Below are positions 1 to 10,187 of a stretch of DNA of 32,000 nt, in pieces. Below the pieces are notes generated by a model that ran no database searches, was not told the DNA's origin, and worked only from the letters and a program-made list of their open reading frames with translations. The number at the start of each line of letters is the position of its first letter. Positions within the stretch are counted from its first letter, which is position 1. Source of the DNA: Deinococcus radiodurans R1 = ATCC 13939 = DSM 20539 (GTDB lineage Bacteria > Deinococcota > Deinococci > Deinococcales > Deinococcaceae); assembly GCF_000008565.1 (NCBI RefSeq), contig NC_001263.1:1943533-1975532 (forward strand), read 5' to 3'. Made by a program: the position numbers and the translations under genes.

Positions 1-2
1 CC

Positions 3-1943
3 GAGGGCGTGCGCCAGGGAGCCGAGCGGGCCCGCCGCGCCCGGCAGGTGGCCGGGGTGCTGCCGCTGCTTGACGCCGCCGAGCGCGCCCGCATCGCTTA
101 CGACCGCCAGACCCGCGAACTCGCCGGGGCCGAGAGCGCCCTGCAAAGTGCTCAGGCCCAGGCCGCCCGCGCCGACGCCGCGCTGACGCAGGCTCAGGCG
201 CAGGAACCCCGCATTCCTGAGCTGGAGGAGCAGGCGAACGCCCTGCGCGAAGCCGAGGCCGACGCCGCCCGCCTTAAACGGGCCGGGGGCAGCGTGCAGG
301 CGACCCATGCCAACCCGCTGCCGTGGGACGAGGACGCCTTCGAGACGGCGCGTGAGGCGGCGCAGAAGCTGGAGAAGTTGCGGGTGGAGCGGTCAATCCT
401 AGAAAGCGAGAAGGCCGCGCTGAAAGCTGCCCTGGAGCGTTACGCGCAGGAAGAGCGGCAGCAACAGGAAGAAACGGCTCAGCTGGAACGGGTCAAAGCA
501 GACGGTCTGAAAGCCAAGGAACAGCTTCAGGTCGCCCAGCAACGCGAGGAAGAGGCGCGGATGGAGGCGGGGCTGGCCTCTTACCGTTCGCATCTGCATG
601 AGGGCGAACCGTGCCCGCTGTGCCTGCAAACCGTCCATGAGGTGCCGGAAGGCGAAAGTGTCGATCTGGACGAGTTGCGCGGTCAGGTCAACCTGCTGCA
701 AAAGCTGGTGCAGGAGCGGCGCGAGCATTTCACCGACCTGCGCGGGCAGCTCAAGACCCGGCAGCTGTGGCTGGACGAAAAAAAGAGCGAATACCACGAC
801 TGGAACGAGCGCAACAAGCAGCGCGAACTCGACGCCCGTGAGCTGGAAAGACACATTTCCGGCAATCCGCAAGACGACCTCCAACGCCTCCTCGCCTCGC
901 TTGCGGGCCGGGTGCGGCAGGCCGGGGCCAACCCCGCGCAGGCCAGACGAGACCGGCTGGCCGAGATTCAGTCCATCCGCAGCCGTATTCAGGAGGCACA
1001 GGCCGCGCTCTCGCGTGCCCAGGGCGACCTCGCCGCCGCGCAGGCCACCGCGCAGCCGCGCAGTATGGGCGGCGAGCGCGAGGCCGACCACCTCGCCGCT
1101 GCCGACGCGCTGACGAAGGCCCTCGCCTCGCTGAATCTGACCGCCGAGGCCGCCCGCACCGCCGGCCTGCCCGAAAACGAGATTGCCGCGCTGGAAGAGG
1201 GCGCCCGCAAGCACGAGGCGGAAGTGGCGCAACTGCGGGCCGCGCTTGCCGACCTCGACCGGCAGCTCGGACTTGAAGCCTTCGACCCGGCGCACCTCGC
1301 GCAGGTCAGCCGCGACCTGACCGCCAGCGACGCCGCGCTGAGCACTGCTCGCGAACAGGCCGGGCGACTCGCCGAGCAGGAGCGCCAACTGCGCGACAAG
1401 CTCACCCGCAAGGCCGACATCGAAACCCAGGCGGCGGAGGCCGGGCGGCAGCTCGATACTTGGCAGACGCTCAACAACGCCCTCAAGGTCAACGAGTTCC
1501 AGCAGTTCATGCTCGCCGAGGTGGAGGCGCAGCTCCTCACCCGCGCGGGCCTGCTGCTCTTCGACATCAGCGACGGGCGCTACCGCCTGAGCCTCGACAA
1601 GGGCGAGTATGTCGTGCAAGACCTCTGGAACGCGGGCGAGGTCCGCGCCGTCAAGACGCTCTCGGGCGGCGAAACCTTCCTCGCCTCGCTCTCCCTCGCC
1701 ATCGCCCTGAGCGACTACCTCGCGGGCAACAAGGTGCTCGGCGCCCTCTTTCTGGACGAAGGCTTCGGCACCCTCGACCCGCAAGCGCTGGAAGCCGTCG
1801 CCACCGCGCTCGAAAACCTGCGAACCCAGGGCCGCATGGTGGGCATCGTCACCCACGTCGAGAGCCTCTCCGAGCGGTTGCCGAGCCGCCTGCTGGTGAG
1901 CAAGAGCATGGCCGGCAGCAACGTGATTCGGGTGGACGGATAA
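3..1943 (+). CDS. sbcC: SbcC-type SMC-like DNA-repair exonuclease ATPase subunit, C-terminal ~645 aa (5' end lies upstream of the window)
   Basis: Frame is open from the window edge. Long Ala/Glu/Gln/Arg-rich coiled coil with a CxxC zinc hook (EGEPCPLCLQ). C-terminal ABC signature LSGGETFLASLSLA, Walker B LFLDEGFGTLD and H-loop GIVTHV. Confidence 0.85.
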   Translation, partial: EGVRQGAERARRARQVAGVLPLLDAAERARIAYDRQTRELAGAESALQSAQAQAARADAALTQAQAQEPRIPELEEQANALREAEADAARLKRAGGSVQATHANPLPWDEDAFETAREAAQKLEKLRVERSILESEKAALKAALERYAQEERQQQEETAQLERVKADGLKAKEQLQVAQQREEEARMEAGLASYRSHLHEGEPCPLCLQTVHEVPEGESVDLDELRGQVNLLQKLVQERREHFTDLRGQLKTRQLWLDEKKSEYHDWNERNKQRELDARELERHISGNPQDDLQRLLASLAGRVRQAGANPAQARRDRLAEIQSIRSRIQEAQAALSRAQGDLAAAQATAQPRSMGGEREADHLAAADALTKALASLNLTAEAARTAGLPENEIAALEEGARKHEAEVAQLRAALADLDRQLGLEAFDPAHLAQVSRDLTASDAALSTAREQAGRLAEQERQLRDKLTRKADIETQAAEAGRQLDTWQTLNNALKVNEFQQFMLAEVEAQLLTRAGLLLFDISDGRYRLSLDKGEYVVQDLWNAGEVRAVKTLSGGETFLASLSLAIALSDYLAGNKVLGALFLDEGFGTLDPQALEAVATALENLRTQGRMVGIVTHVESLSERLPSRLLVSKSMAGSNVIRVDG

Positions 1944-1990
1944 GGCGGAGGAGCGCCGATAAAACTTTCTTGTCTGCGGTGCACCAAACC

Positions 1991-2129
1991 AAATCCGGGC
2001 TTCTCCTAGAGCATTTGACGTAATAAAGACCCCTCACCCCTGCCTCTGGCAGGCCCTCTCCCCTTGGTAGAGGGTCAAACAACGCAAGGCTATTCTTTTG
2101 TCAAATGCCCTACGAGGCGGCCCGGATTT
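1991..2129. repeat. MITE-like small noncoding repeat (Deinococcus SNR type) with ~29-30 bp imperfect terminal inverted repeats
   Basis: Left arm aaatccgggcttctcctagagcatttgac (1991-2019) is the imperfect inverted complement of gtcaaatgccctacgaggcggcccggattt (2100-2129). The core (cccctcacccctgc...gcaggccctctcccc...agagggtcaa) recurs in inverted orientation at 15741-15870. Confidence 0.7.
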
Positions 2130-2190
2130 TCTTCTCTCTGTAGACTCTCCTGTCAACATCCCATCAGCCTTCTGGTCTACCCTCTCCCCC

Positions 2191-3496
2191 ATGACCCCGC
2201 GCCCCCGTCTGCTGCTCACCGCCGCCCTGCTTGCCCTCGTGCCCGCTGCCCAGGCCGCCGACCTGCGGCTTTATCCCACCTTGGGCGAAGTGACGAGCCA
2301 GCCGCTCAAAGTGGAAGGCGGCGCGGTCACGGTGCCTTTTCCCAAAGCCGATTGGGCCTGGGTGGTGCCCGGCAGCGTGCGCCTGCTCGGGGTGCCGGTG
2401 ACCCGCACGCGCGTGACGCCGGGGGTGAACGTGCTGCGCGCCCACGAAGGCGAAGCCGTGCGGGTGCTGCGCGGCGGCCTGAACCTGAAGGGCACGCTGG
2501 CCGACGCCGAGGCGCTGCTCGTGCAGCTCGACAGCGGCGAGTACCTGACGGTGCGCCCCGACGAACTTGCCTTCAGCACCCGTCCGCCCAGCAGCCGCGA
2601 CGTGGCCGACGTCAAGGTGACATTTGAGACGGGCGGCGCCGGTTCCGCGAACTTGCTCTACCAGACCCGCGCCCTGTCGTGGAAACCGCGCTACGAACTG
2701 GACGCGAGCGGCGACGCGGCCACCCTGCGCGCCCTGGCCGAGATTCGCAACGCCGGCGACCAGAGCTTCAGCGGCAGCACCGACCTCTACGCCGGAGACG
2801 TGCGCCTGGTGCCGGAAAACGTGCCGATGCCGACGCTGCGGTGGTGGGAGAACTCACCACGACCACCAGCAGCGCGGGCAATGCCGCTGTCGCCCAGGAC
2901 CGCGCTGTCACGGCTCTCGGCGAGGTGAGCGGCCTGCAACGTACGCCCTAAGCCGTCCGCTGACCATCGGCCCACGCGAGACGCAGACTTTGCCCTTCCT
3001 GGCGCCCAAGCTGTCGGGCTTTGCCCGTTACGACCGCATCAGCACGTATTTTTCGCCGTCGAATTCGTCGGGCCGGGCGACCCGCTTTTACAAGTTCACC
3101 GCCGATGCCGCGCTGCCCGCCGGTCCCCTCACGGTGCGCGAAAACGGCGTGCTCGTCGGCAACGTCAGCCTCGGCAGTACCGCCGCCGGGCAGCTCAGCG
3201 ACCTCTCGCTCGGCGCCGACCCCGAACTGCGCTTCAGCCGCAGCGTGACCGTGCTGAACACCGAGAAAGACGGCAGCGGGCGCATTCTCAGCCGCAGTTA
3301 CCGCGTGAGCTACGCGCTGACGAGCACCAAGTCGGCGGCCACCACCGCGCAGGTCCGCGAGCAGGTCTACGGCCAGAGCGTCGTGGTGGACGGCAAAGTT
3401 CAGACCGGCAATCCGGTCATGGTGACCCGGTACGTGACTGTGCCCGCCGGGGGCAAGGCGAACGTGACCTTCACGCTGAAGGTGCGCGGCGGCTGA
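2191..3496 (+). pseudogene. Secreted DUF4139-like (MuiA-type) protein gene, reading frame broken twice
   Basis: ATG at 2191 gives signal peptide MTPRPRLLLTAALLALVPAAQA. The coding signal passes from the frame of ORF 2098..2928, to the frame of ORF 2679..2951 near 2818-2830, to the frame of ORF 2624..3496 near 2936-2945. The joined product reads continuously (..DLYAGDVRLVPENV / ADADAAVVGELTT..GEVSGLQR / YALSRPLTIGPRETQTLPFL..). Confidence 0.6.
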
Positions 3497-3499
3497 ACC

Positions 3500-3913
3500 T
3501 CAGTCGCGCGCCTTTCTCTCCTGCCAGGCTCCCGACGACCACAGCGCTCCCCCAATCAGCACGGGCTGGAAAAACAGGCGGATAAACCGCTTGCGGTCGG
3601 TGTCGAGCCCGAAGGCGTCGGTGCGCGTCAGGTACTGCGAAATGTTGCCGGGAAACACCGCGACGAAAAAGGCCGCGAGCAGCCAGCCGAGCGGAATGCG
3701 CTTGTCTTTCCAGAGCATGAACGCCGTGCCGAGGCTGATTTCCACGACGCCCGACGCCAGCACCACGAAGTCTTCGTTCAGCGGCAGCGCTTCGGGCACC
3801 TGCGCCTGAAACTCGTCGCGGGCGAAGGTGAGGTGGCTGATGCCGGCAAACGCCAGAAACCCGCCGAGGCCGACGCGGGCCAGGTTTTGCAGGAGGCTTG
3901 GGGACTTCGTCAT
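3500..3913 (-). CDS. Small integral membrane protein, DoxX-like
   Basis: 137-aa ORF with about 4 hydrophobic helices. Starts 9 nt after the stop of the upstream minus-strand gene, so probably co-transcribed. Family call rests on general resemblance only. Confidence 0.5.
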   Translation of the reverse strand: MTKSPSLLQNLARVGLGGFLAFAGISHLTFARDEFQAQVPEALPLNEDFVVLASGVVEISLGTAFMLWKDKRIPLGWLLAAFFVAVFPGNISQYLTRTDAFGLDTDRKRFIRLFFQPVLIGGALWSSGAWQERKARD

Positions 3914-3921
3914 GCCCCACC

Positions 3922-4632
3922 CTACCCCCAGAGCCGGACCGTGGGGGCCTGCCCGGTATGGGGCTGGTGGCTCTCGGCCAGCCGCTCGGCGTAGGCGTCG
4001 GCCCAGCCACGTGCCGGAATCAGAAGGGGCACCAGCAGTTCGTCGGCAGCCCCGATGAAATGAAACAGCGACCCGAACGCCGCGTTGTTCAGCGTGTGCC
4101 CGGTTTCATGTGCTATGAGGCCCAGCGCATTTGGCGTCACGAAGGCGAACTGCCCGAGGTTGAATCCCCCGCTGAAGCCCGGCCACCACAGCCAGCCCCC
4201 GAGGAGGACGACCGTGCCGGTTGCCCGGTCCAGAACCACCCGCCGCACTAAGGGAAAAGCCAACAGATTCAGCACGAAGGCCCCCAGTCCCAGAGCGGTG
4301 GCCGGCCAGCTCAGCGGCAGCAGCCAGCCCGCCCAGCCGAGCACTTGCCGGAAGCGCAGGCGCCGGGTCAGGTGGGAAGCGGCGAGCAGATTGACTGCTA
4401 TGAGAGGTAGAGGAAGAGGCCCCAGCCAGCGCAGCACAATGGCGGCATTCAGCCCGGTGTTCAAGCCAATCAGCACACCGCGCCACAGCGGTTCGGTTCC
4501 CCGACTGGCGGCGATGTAAAGCCCCACACCCAGCAACAGCCACAGCGCGGGTGCCGAAGCCAGCGGCAGTTGTGCCAATCCCCACGCCAGCAGCACGCCA
4601 ATCAGGGCGCCGAGCGATGGGAGGGCAAACAT
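3922..4632 (-). CDS. Polytopic membrane protein with an HExxH motif (putative membrane zinc metallopeptidase)
   Basis: 236-aa ORF with multiple TM helices and the motif IAHETGHTLNN near the C-terminus. Confidence 0.5.
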   Translation of the reverse strand: MFALPSLGALIGVLLAWGLAQLPLASAPALWLLLGVGLYIAASRGTEPLWRGVLIGLNTGLNAAIVLRWLGPLPLPLIAVNLLAASHLTRRLRFRQVLGWAGWLLPLSWPATALGLGAFVLNLLAFPLVRRVVLDRATGTVVLLGGWLWWPGFSGGFNLGQFAFVTPNALGLIAHETGHTLNNAAFGSLFHFIGAADELLVPLLIPARGWADAYAERLAESHQPHTGQAPTVRLWG

Positions 4633-4801
4633 GGAACGCAGTGTGCCAGAACCGGGGTGTCTGCCGATGCCCTATGCTGGAACAGTCCCTGACAGGACGG
4701 GGTGCATGACAACCGGGGAGTTTTGAGGGGCCAGCAACACGGGAAAGGCAAAACGCACCCGGAGTTGCAGCTCTGGGTGCTGGAAAGGAGGTGATGTCCT
4801 T

Positions 4802-4933
4802 ATGCGCAAACAGTGTAAGGATACACCGAAGCGCCCGCGTAGACAATGGAAAGCGAGTGAGGTTGCCGCATTGATTGCAGCTCTCGGCACCTTGCTTTCC
4901 GGTCTCGCGGCGCTCCTACAAGCCCTGAACTAA
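4802..4933 (+). CDS. Candidate 43-aa peptide with a basic N-terminus and a hydrophobic C-terminal helix (below the ORF-track size cutoff)
   Basis: ATG at 4802 lies 10 nt after GGAGG (4787-4791). Translation is MRKQCKDTPKRPRRQWKASEVAALIAALGTLLSGLAALLQALN, with TAA at 4931-4933. A 10-bp-stem hairpin (4755-4780) sits just upstream. Confidence 0.3.
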   Translation: MRKQCKDTPKRPRRQWKASEVAALIAALGTLLSGLAALLQALN

Positions 4934-5500
4934 ACGACCCTGCACTGAAAGTGCAGGGGTTGCGGAGCGGCTAAAGCCGCCTTCAATCCTCCAGGATGAA
5001 CGCTGAATCATCTGGGTCGGAGGGGTGACGATGATGCTCCAAGTACTCCTGCACCATCGCCTCCGTGATAGTCCCCGTACTCCACGCACCATACCCGACG
5101 CCCCAAAAGTGCTTGCCCCAGTAGCGCTTTTCGAGGTGGGGGAATTCCTGTTGCAGCCGCCGCGATGTCCTTCCCTTCAATCGCTTCACCAGGTCGCTGA
5201 CGGCGAGCCTCGGCGGATATTCCACGTGCATGTGGACGTGATCCTTGCTCACCACCCCCTTGAGAATCCGCACGTCTTCTGCCTTGCAGATTTGGATCAG
5301 CAGCTCCCGACATCGCGGTTTGATCTCTCCCACCAAGACGTGATATCGATACTTCGTTGCCCACACAACATGTAGCGTCAGTCGGCTGACCGTATGACTC
5401 CCAGACCGCTGCTGCCCCATCTGCTCAGCCTAACCGACGCCCTCAGGCACGAGGTTTCTGAAAGACTTGCACTAAAGTGCATGGCTTAGGACCAGCGTGT
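4930..5500 (-). mobile_element. IS200-like element (IS200/IS605 family, tnpA only); boundaries approximate
   Basis: A Y1/HUH transposase gene is flanked by related subterminal hairpins: ccctgcac-tgaaa-gtgcaggg at 4938-4958 and ttgcac-taaa-gtgca at 5467-5481. A further hairpin gcggc-taaa-gccgc lies at 4966-4979. No terminal inverted repeats, as expected for this family. Confidence 0.6.
4983..5420 (-). CDS. tnpA: IS200-type Y1 (HUH) transposase TnpA
   Basis: 145 aa. LHVVWATKYRY, HUH motif DHVHMHV, WGVGYGAWSTG, and C-terminal catalytic-Tyr region EYLEHH. Confidence 0.9.
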   Translation of the reverse strand: MGQQRSGSHTVSRLTLHVVWATKYRYHVLVGEIKPRCRELLIQICKAEDVRILKGVVSKDHVHMHVEYPPRLAVSDLVKRLKGRTSRRLQQEFPHLEKRYWGKHFWGVGYGAWSTGTITEAMVQEYLEHHRHPSDPDDSAFILED

Positions 5501-5583
5501 TCGGAGAGTAAAGGCCCTCTCGCCCCCGGTGTGCACCTGACAGCCCTCGTCCCGTGCGGGGGCTTTCGCTTTTGCAACACAAC

Positions 5584-5606
5584 AAAAAACCCCGCCGAAG
5601 CAGGGG
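5584..5606 (-). terminator. Rho-independent terminator downstream of glpK
   Basis: On the minus strand: cccc(t)gc-UUCG-gcgggg hairpin followed by tttttt, about 20 nt after the glpK stop. Confidence 0.6.
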
Positions 5607-5626
5607 CCTTGAAGGGGAAAAAGCGC

Positions 5627-8032
<2,406 letters not shown>

Positions 8033-8084
8033 TGTGCTCACCTCTCCTTTTTTTGTGACAAAGTTTACCTATTTTTCAGACGGA

Positions 8085-8116
8085 CAGTCACAGGGGAAAC
8101 CAGTCACAGGGGAAAC
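8085..8116. repeat. Perfect 16-bp tandem direct duplication (cagtcacaggggaaac x2)
   Basis: 8085-8100 and 8101-8116 are identical and adjacent. The second copy contains the stop codon (8104-8106) of the membrane-protein gene. Confidence 0.9.
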
Positions 8117-8889
8117 TGGGTCGCCTGCCCAGCCACGATGTACCAGGTCAGAAACAGCACCGAGACGAACGCCCCGAGGTAAGGCCGGTCGGTGCGACGG
8201 GCGAAGTAGGTCATGAAGACGCCCAGAATCGCCAGAATCGGCAGGAACTGAATGGCGACGATGACGTTGAGCGGCTCGCCCGGCGTAAACAGTTGGCCGC
8301 GCGCAAACAGCGTGCCGTACTGCACCGCCAGGAAGACCAAGAAGCCGCCCGCCAGCAGCAGCGCGTTGGTCAGCATGGAGCCCCGGGCACTGCGGCGCAT
8401 TTGGTTGTGCAGCACGGTGGCCGTCATCAGCGCGTAGAGGGTAAACGGAATCAGGTAGCACAGGAACATCCGCAGCTGAGTGGGGGTCATCGGCTTGAGG
8501 CCCACGAACCAGAAGCGGTAGTCCACCTTGAAGAGGTAGTTGGTGAGCAGCAGCGAGAGGTAACCGACGCCGACCGCGCCGAAGGCCACAGCCAGTGCGC
8601 CCAGAATCTCGTTGCCGCGACGAGGAGCGGTGCCCGCCGCTGTCAGCGGAGCACCCACCGTGTCTACGGCGAGGTCAGGCGTGGCCGTCGTGGTAGTCAC
8701 GGCCCGCGCCCGGCGACCCGCGCCTGCCCGCCAGATCAGGTACAGCACCAGCGAAACGAGGGTGTTGACGAGCGCCCAGACCATGATCTGGTTGGTGATG
8801 CTCTGGGGCCACAGCGCACTCGGCTTGAGGACATTGCCCGCCCAGCGGAACAGCGGGAAGAAAGTGGTGATAGGCAGCGCCAGCATCAC
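8104..8889 (-). CDS. Polytopic membrane protein of unknown function (possibly the C-terminal domain of the upstream hydrolase gene)
   Basis: 261-aa ORF with multiple TM helices. Its frame stays open upstream to 8955 and overlaps the tail of ORF 8919..9704. Confidence 0.55.
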   Translation of the reverse strand: MMLALPITTFFPLFRWAGNVLKPSALWPQSITNQIMVWALVNTLVSLVLYLIWRAGAGRRARAVTTTTATPDLAVDTVGAPLTAAGTAPRRGNEILGALAVAFGAVGVGYLSLLLTNYLFKVDYRFWFVGLKPMTPTQLRMFLCYLIPFTLYALMTATVLHNQMRRSARGSMLTNALLLAGGFLVFLAVQYGTLFARGQLFTPGEPLNVIVAIQFLPILAILGVFMTYFARRTDRPYLGAFVSVLFLTWYIVAGQATQFPL

Positions 8890-8918
8890 GAGGGCTGAAA
8901 ACCACCAGCCCGTGCCGG

Positions 8919-9671
8919 TCAGCCCACGCGGGGCGGAGGGCGCGCGGCGCAGCCTTCAAAGGAGCGGGTGTGCAGCAGCAGGCCGCCCGTGCCGAGCACC
9001 AGCGAAATGAAGCCCAGCCAGCCCAGCGTGGTGCCGACCTCGTTCCAGTGCCAGACCTGATTGCTGGCGGGCAGCGGCGTGCCGCCGGTCAAGGTGCGGC
9101 CAAACCAGTCCAGCGCGTGCCCGATGGCCTCGTGCGACAGGTGGTCGCCGGGGTGGGTGGTGGCGGGCGTGTACAACACCCGCGCCGTGCCCGCCGCCGG
9201 GTCGCCGTAGACCTTGCCGGGCTGCACGGTTTCGGTCGTCCCGAAGACCTTTTGCAGTTTGGGGCTGTTAATTACGTCTTTGGCGCGCGGCACGTCCCAC
9301 ATCAGTTGCGAGAACTCGTCGTACTGGCTGTAGACCAGCGCGAGGTTGCGCGGATAGGTCAGGCTGCCTTCGGGGGCGCGACCCGAGCCGGTCGAGGAGC
9401 CTTCCAGCACCATCGCCTTGTACCCGTCGGGGTAGGCGGCGGCGGCACTGAGGATGGTCCAGCCGCCCATGGAGTGCCCTTCCAGGCCGATGTTGTTCTT
9501 GTCCACCAGGTCCAGGCTGCGCAGGTAAGCCAGCCCCGCCGGGCCGCCGTAGCCGTTCACGAAGGCCGGGGCGTCGCTGAAGCCGTGCCCGGCCTGGTCG
9601 AGGCTCAGGACCACGTAGCCGCGCCGGGCAAATTCGAGCGCGAAGTCCGACTGCACCTCGCGCGAGTTGAT
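8919..9671 (-). pseudogene. Alpha/beta hydrolase gene, C-terminal part (3' of the ISDra2 insertion)
   Basis: Translation from codon ATC at 9671 gives INSREVQSDFALEFARRGYVV...GLEGHSMGGW (GxSxG nucleophile elbow). It joins in frame with 11408-11629 once 9672-11407 is removed. Confidence 0.8.
9667..9671 (+). other. TTGAT target/TAM pentanucleotide abutting the ISDra2 left end
   Basis: cgcgagTTGAT|gcttgagggg. ISDra2 is known to insert 3' of 5'-TTGAT, which is also the TnpB TAM. Confidence 0.85.
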
Positions 9672-9764
9672 GCTTGAGGGGCGCACACTCGTGACTTCAG
9701 TCATGAGTTAGCCCCTCTCGCCCTGAAAAGGGCGATGAAAAGCGGAAGCCTCTAGCTTTTCCAG

Positions 9765-10187
9765 ATGACATATGTTATTCTTCCCCTTGAGATGAAGAAA
9801 GGCCGGGGTTACGTCTATCAGCTTGAATACCACCTCATCTGGTGCGTGAAATACCGTCATCAGGTGTTGGTGGGTGAGGTTGCTGATGGACTGAAAGACA
9901 TCCTGCGTGACATTGCCGCTCAGAACGGGCTGGAAGTCATCACGATGGAAGTCATGCCTGACCACGTTCACCTCCTGCTAAGCGCAACCCCACAGCAAGC
10001 CATCCCCGACTTCGTGAAGGCGCTGAAAGGCGCTTCCGCACGTCGGATGTTCGTGGCCTACCCGCAGTTGAAAGAAAAGCTGTGGGGCGGCAATCTCTGG
10101 AACCCGTCGTATTGCATCCTGACTGTTTCTGAAAACACCCGCGCTCAGATTCAGAAATACATAGAGAGCCAGCATGATAAGGAATAA
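9765..10187 (+). CDS. tnpA: ISDra2 TnpA, Y1 HUH single-strand DNA transposase
   Basis: 140 aa. HUH motif PDHVHLL (H67/H69) and catalytic Tyr in QKYIESQ (Y132). Matches my memory of ISDra2 TnpA. Confidence 0.95.

Noticed and set aside
399-1856. Long antisense or alternative-frame ORFs throughout the window (e.g. 399..1856, 5477..7156, 7259..7996, 13259..14515, 15871..17040, 17090..18184, 19971..20906, 23944..24978, 25102..26082, 26720..27766, 27547..28866)
   Set aside because: These are typical high-GC shadow ORFs: Arg/Ala/Gly/Pro-rich, without motifs, and each fully overlapped by a gene with clear family signatures on the other strand or frame.
2098-2190. Upstream ATG (2098) as the start of the DUF4139-like gene
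   Set aside because: That start lies inside the noncoding repeat element. The ATG at 2191 immediately precedes a canonical signal peptide.
5510-5530. Shared 11-mer ccctctcgccc with the ISDra2 left end (9713-9723) as evidence for an IS remnant next to the IS200-like element
   Set aside because: The match is too short, with no flanking similarity or hairpin equivalence. Similar C/T-rich strings occur in the small noncoding repeats.
8042-8116. CRP-type site (TGTGA-N6-TCACA) upstream of glpF
   Set aside because: TGTGAC and GTCACA boxes are present but about 30 nt apart, not N6. This is not a canonical CRP site, so I report it only as a repeat observation.
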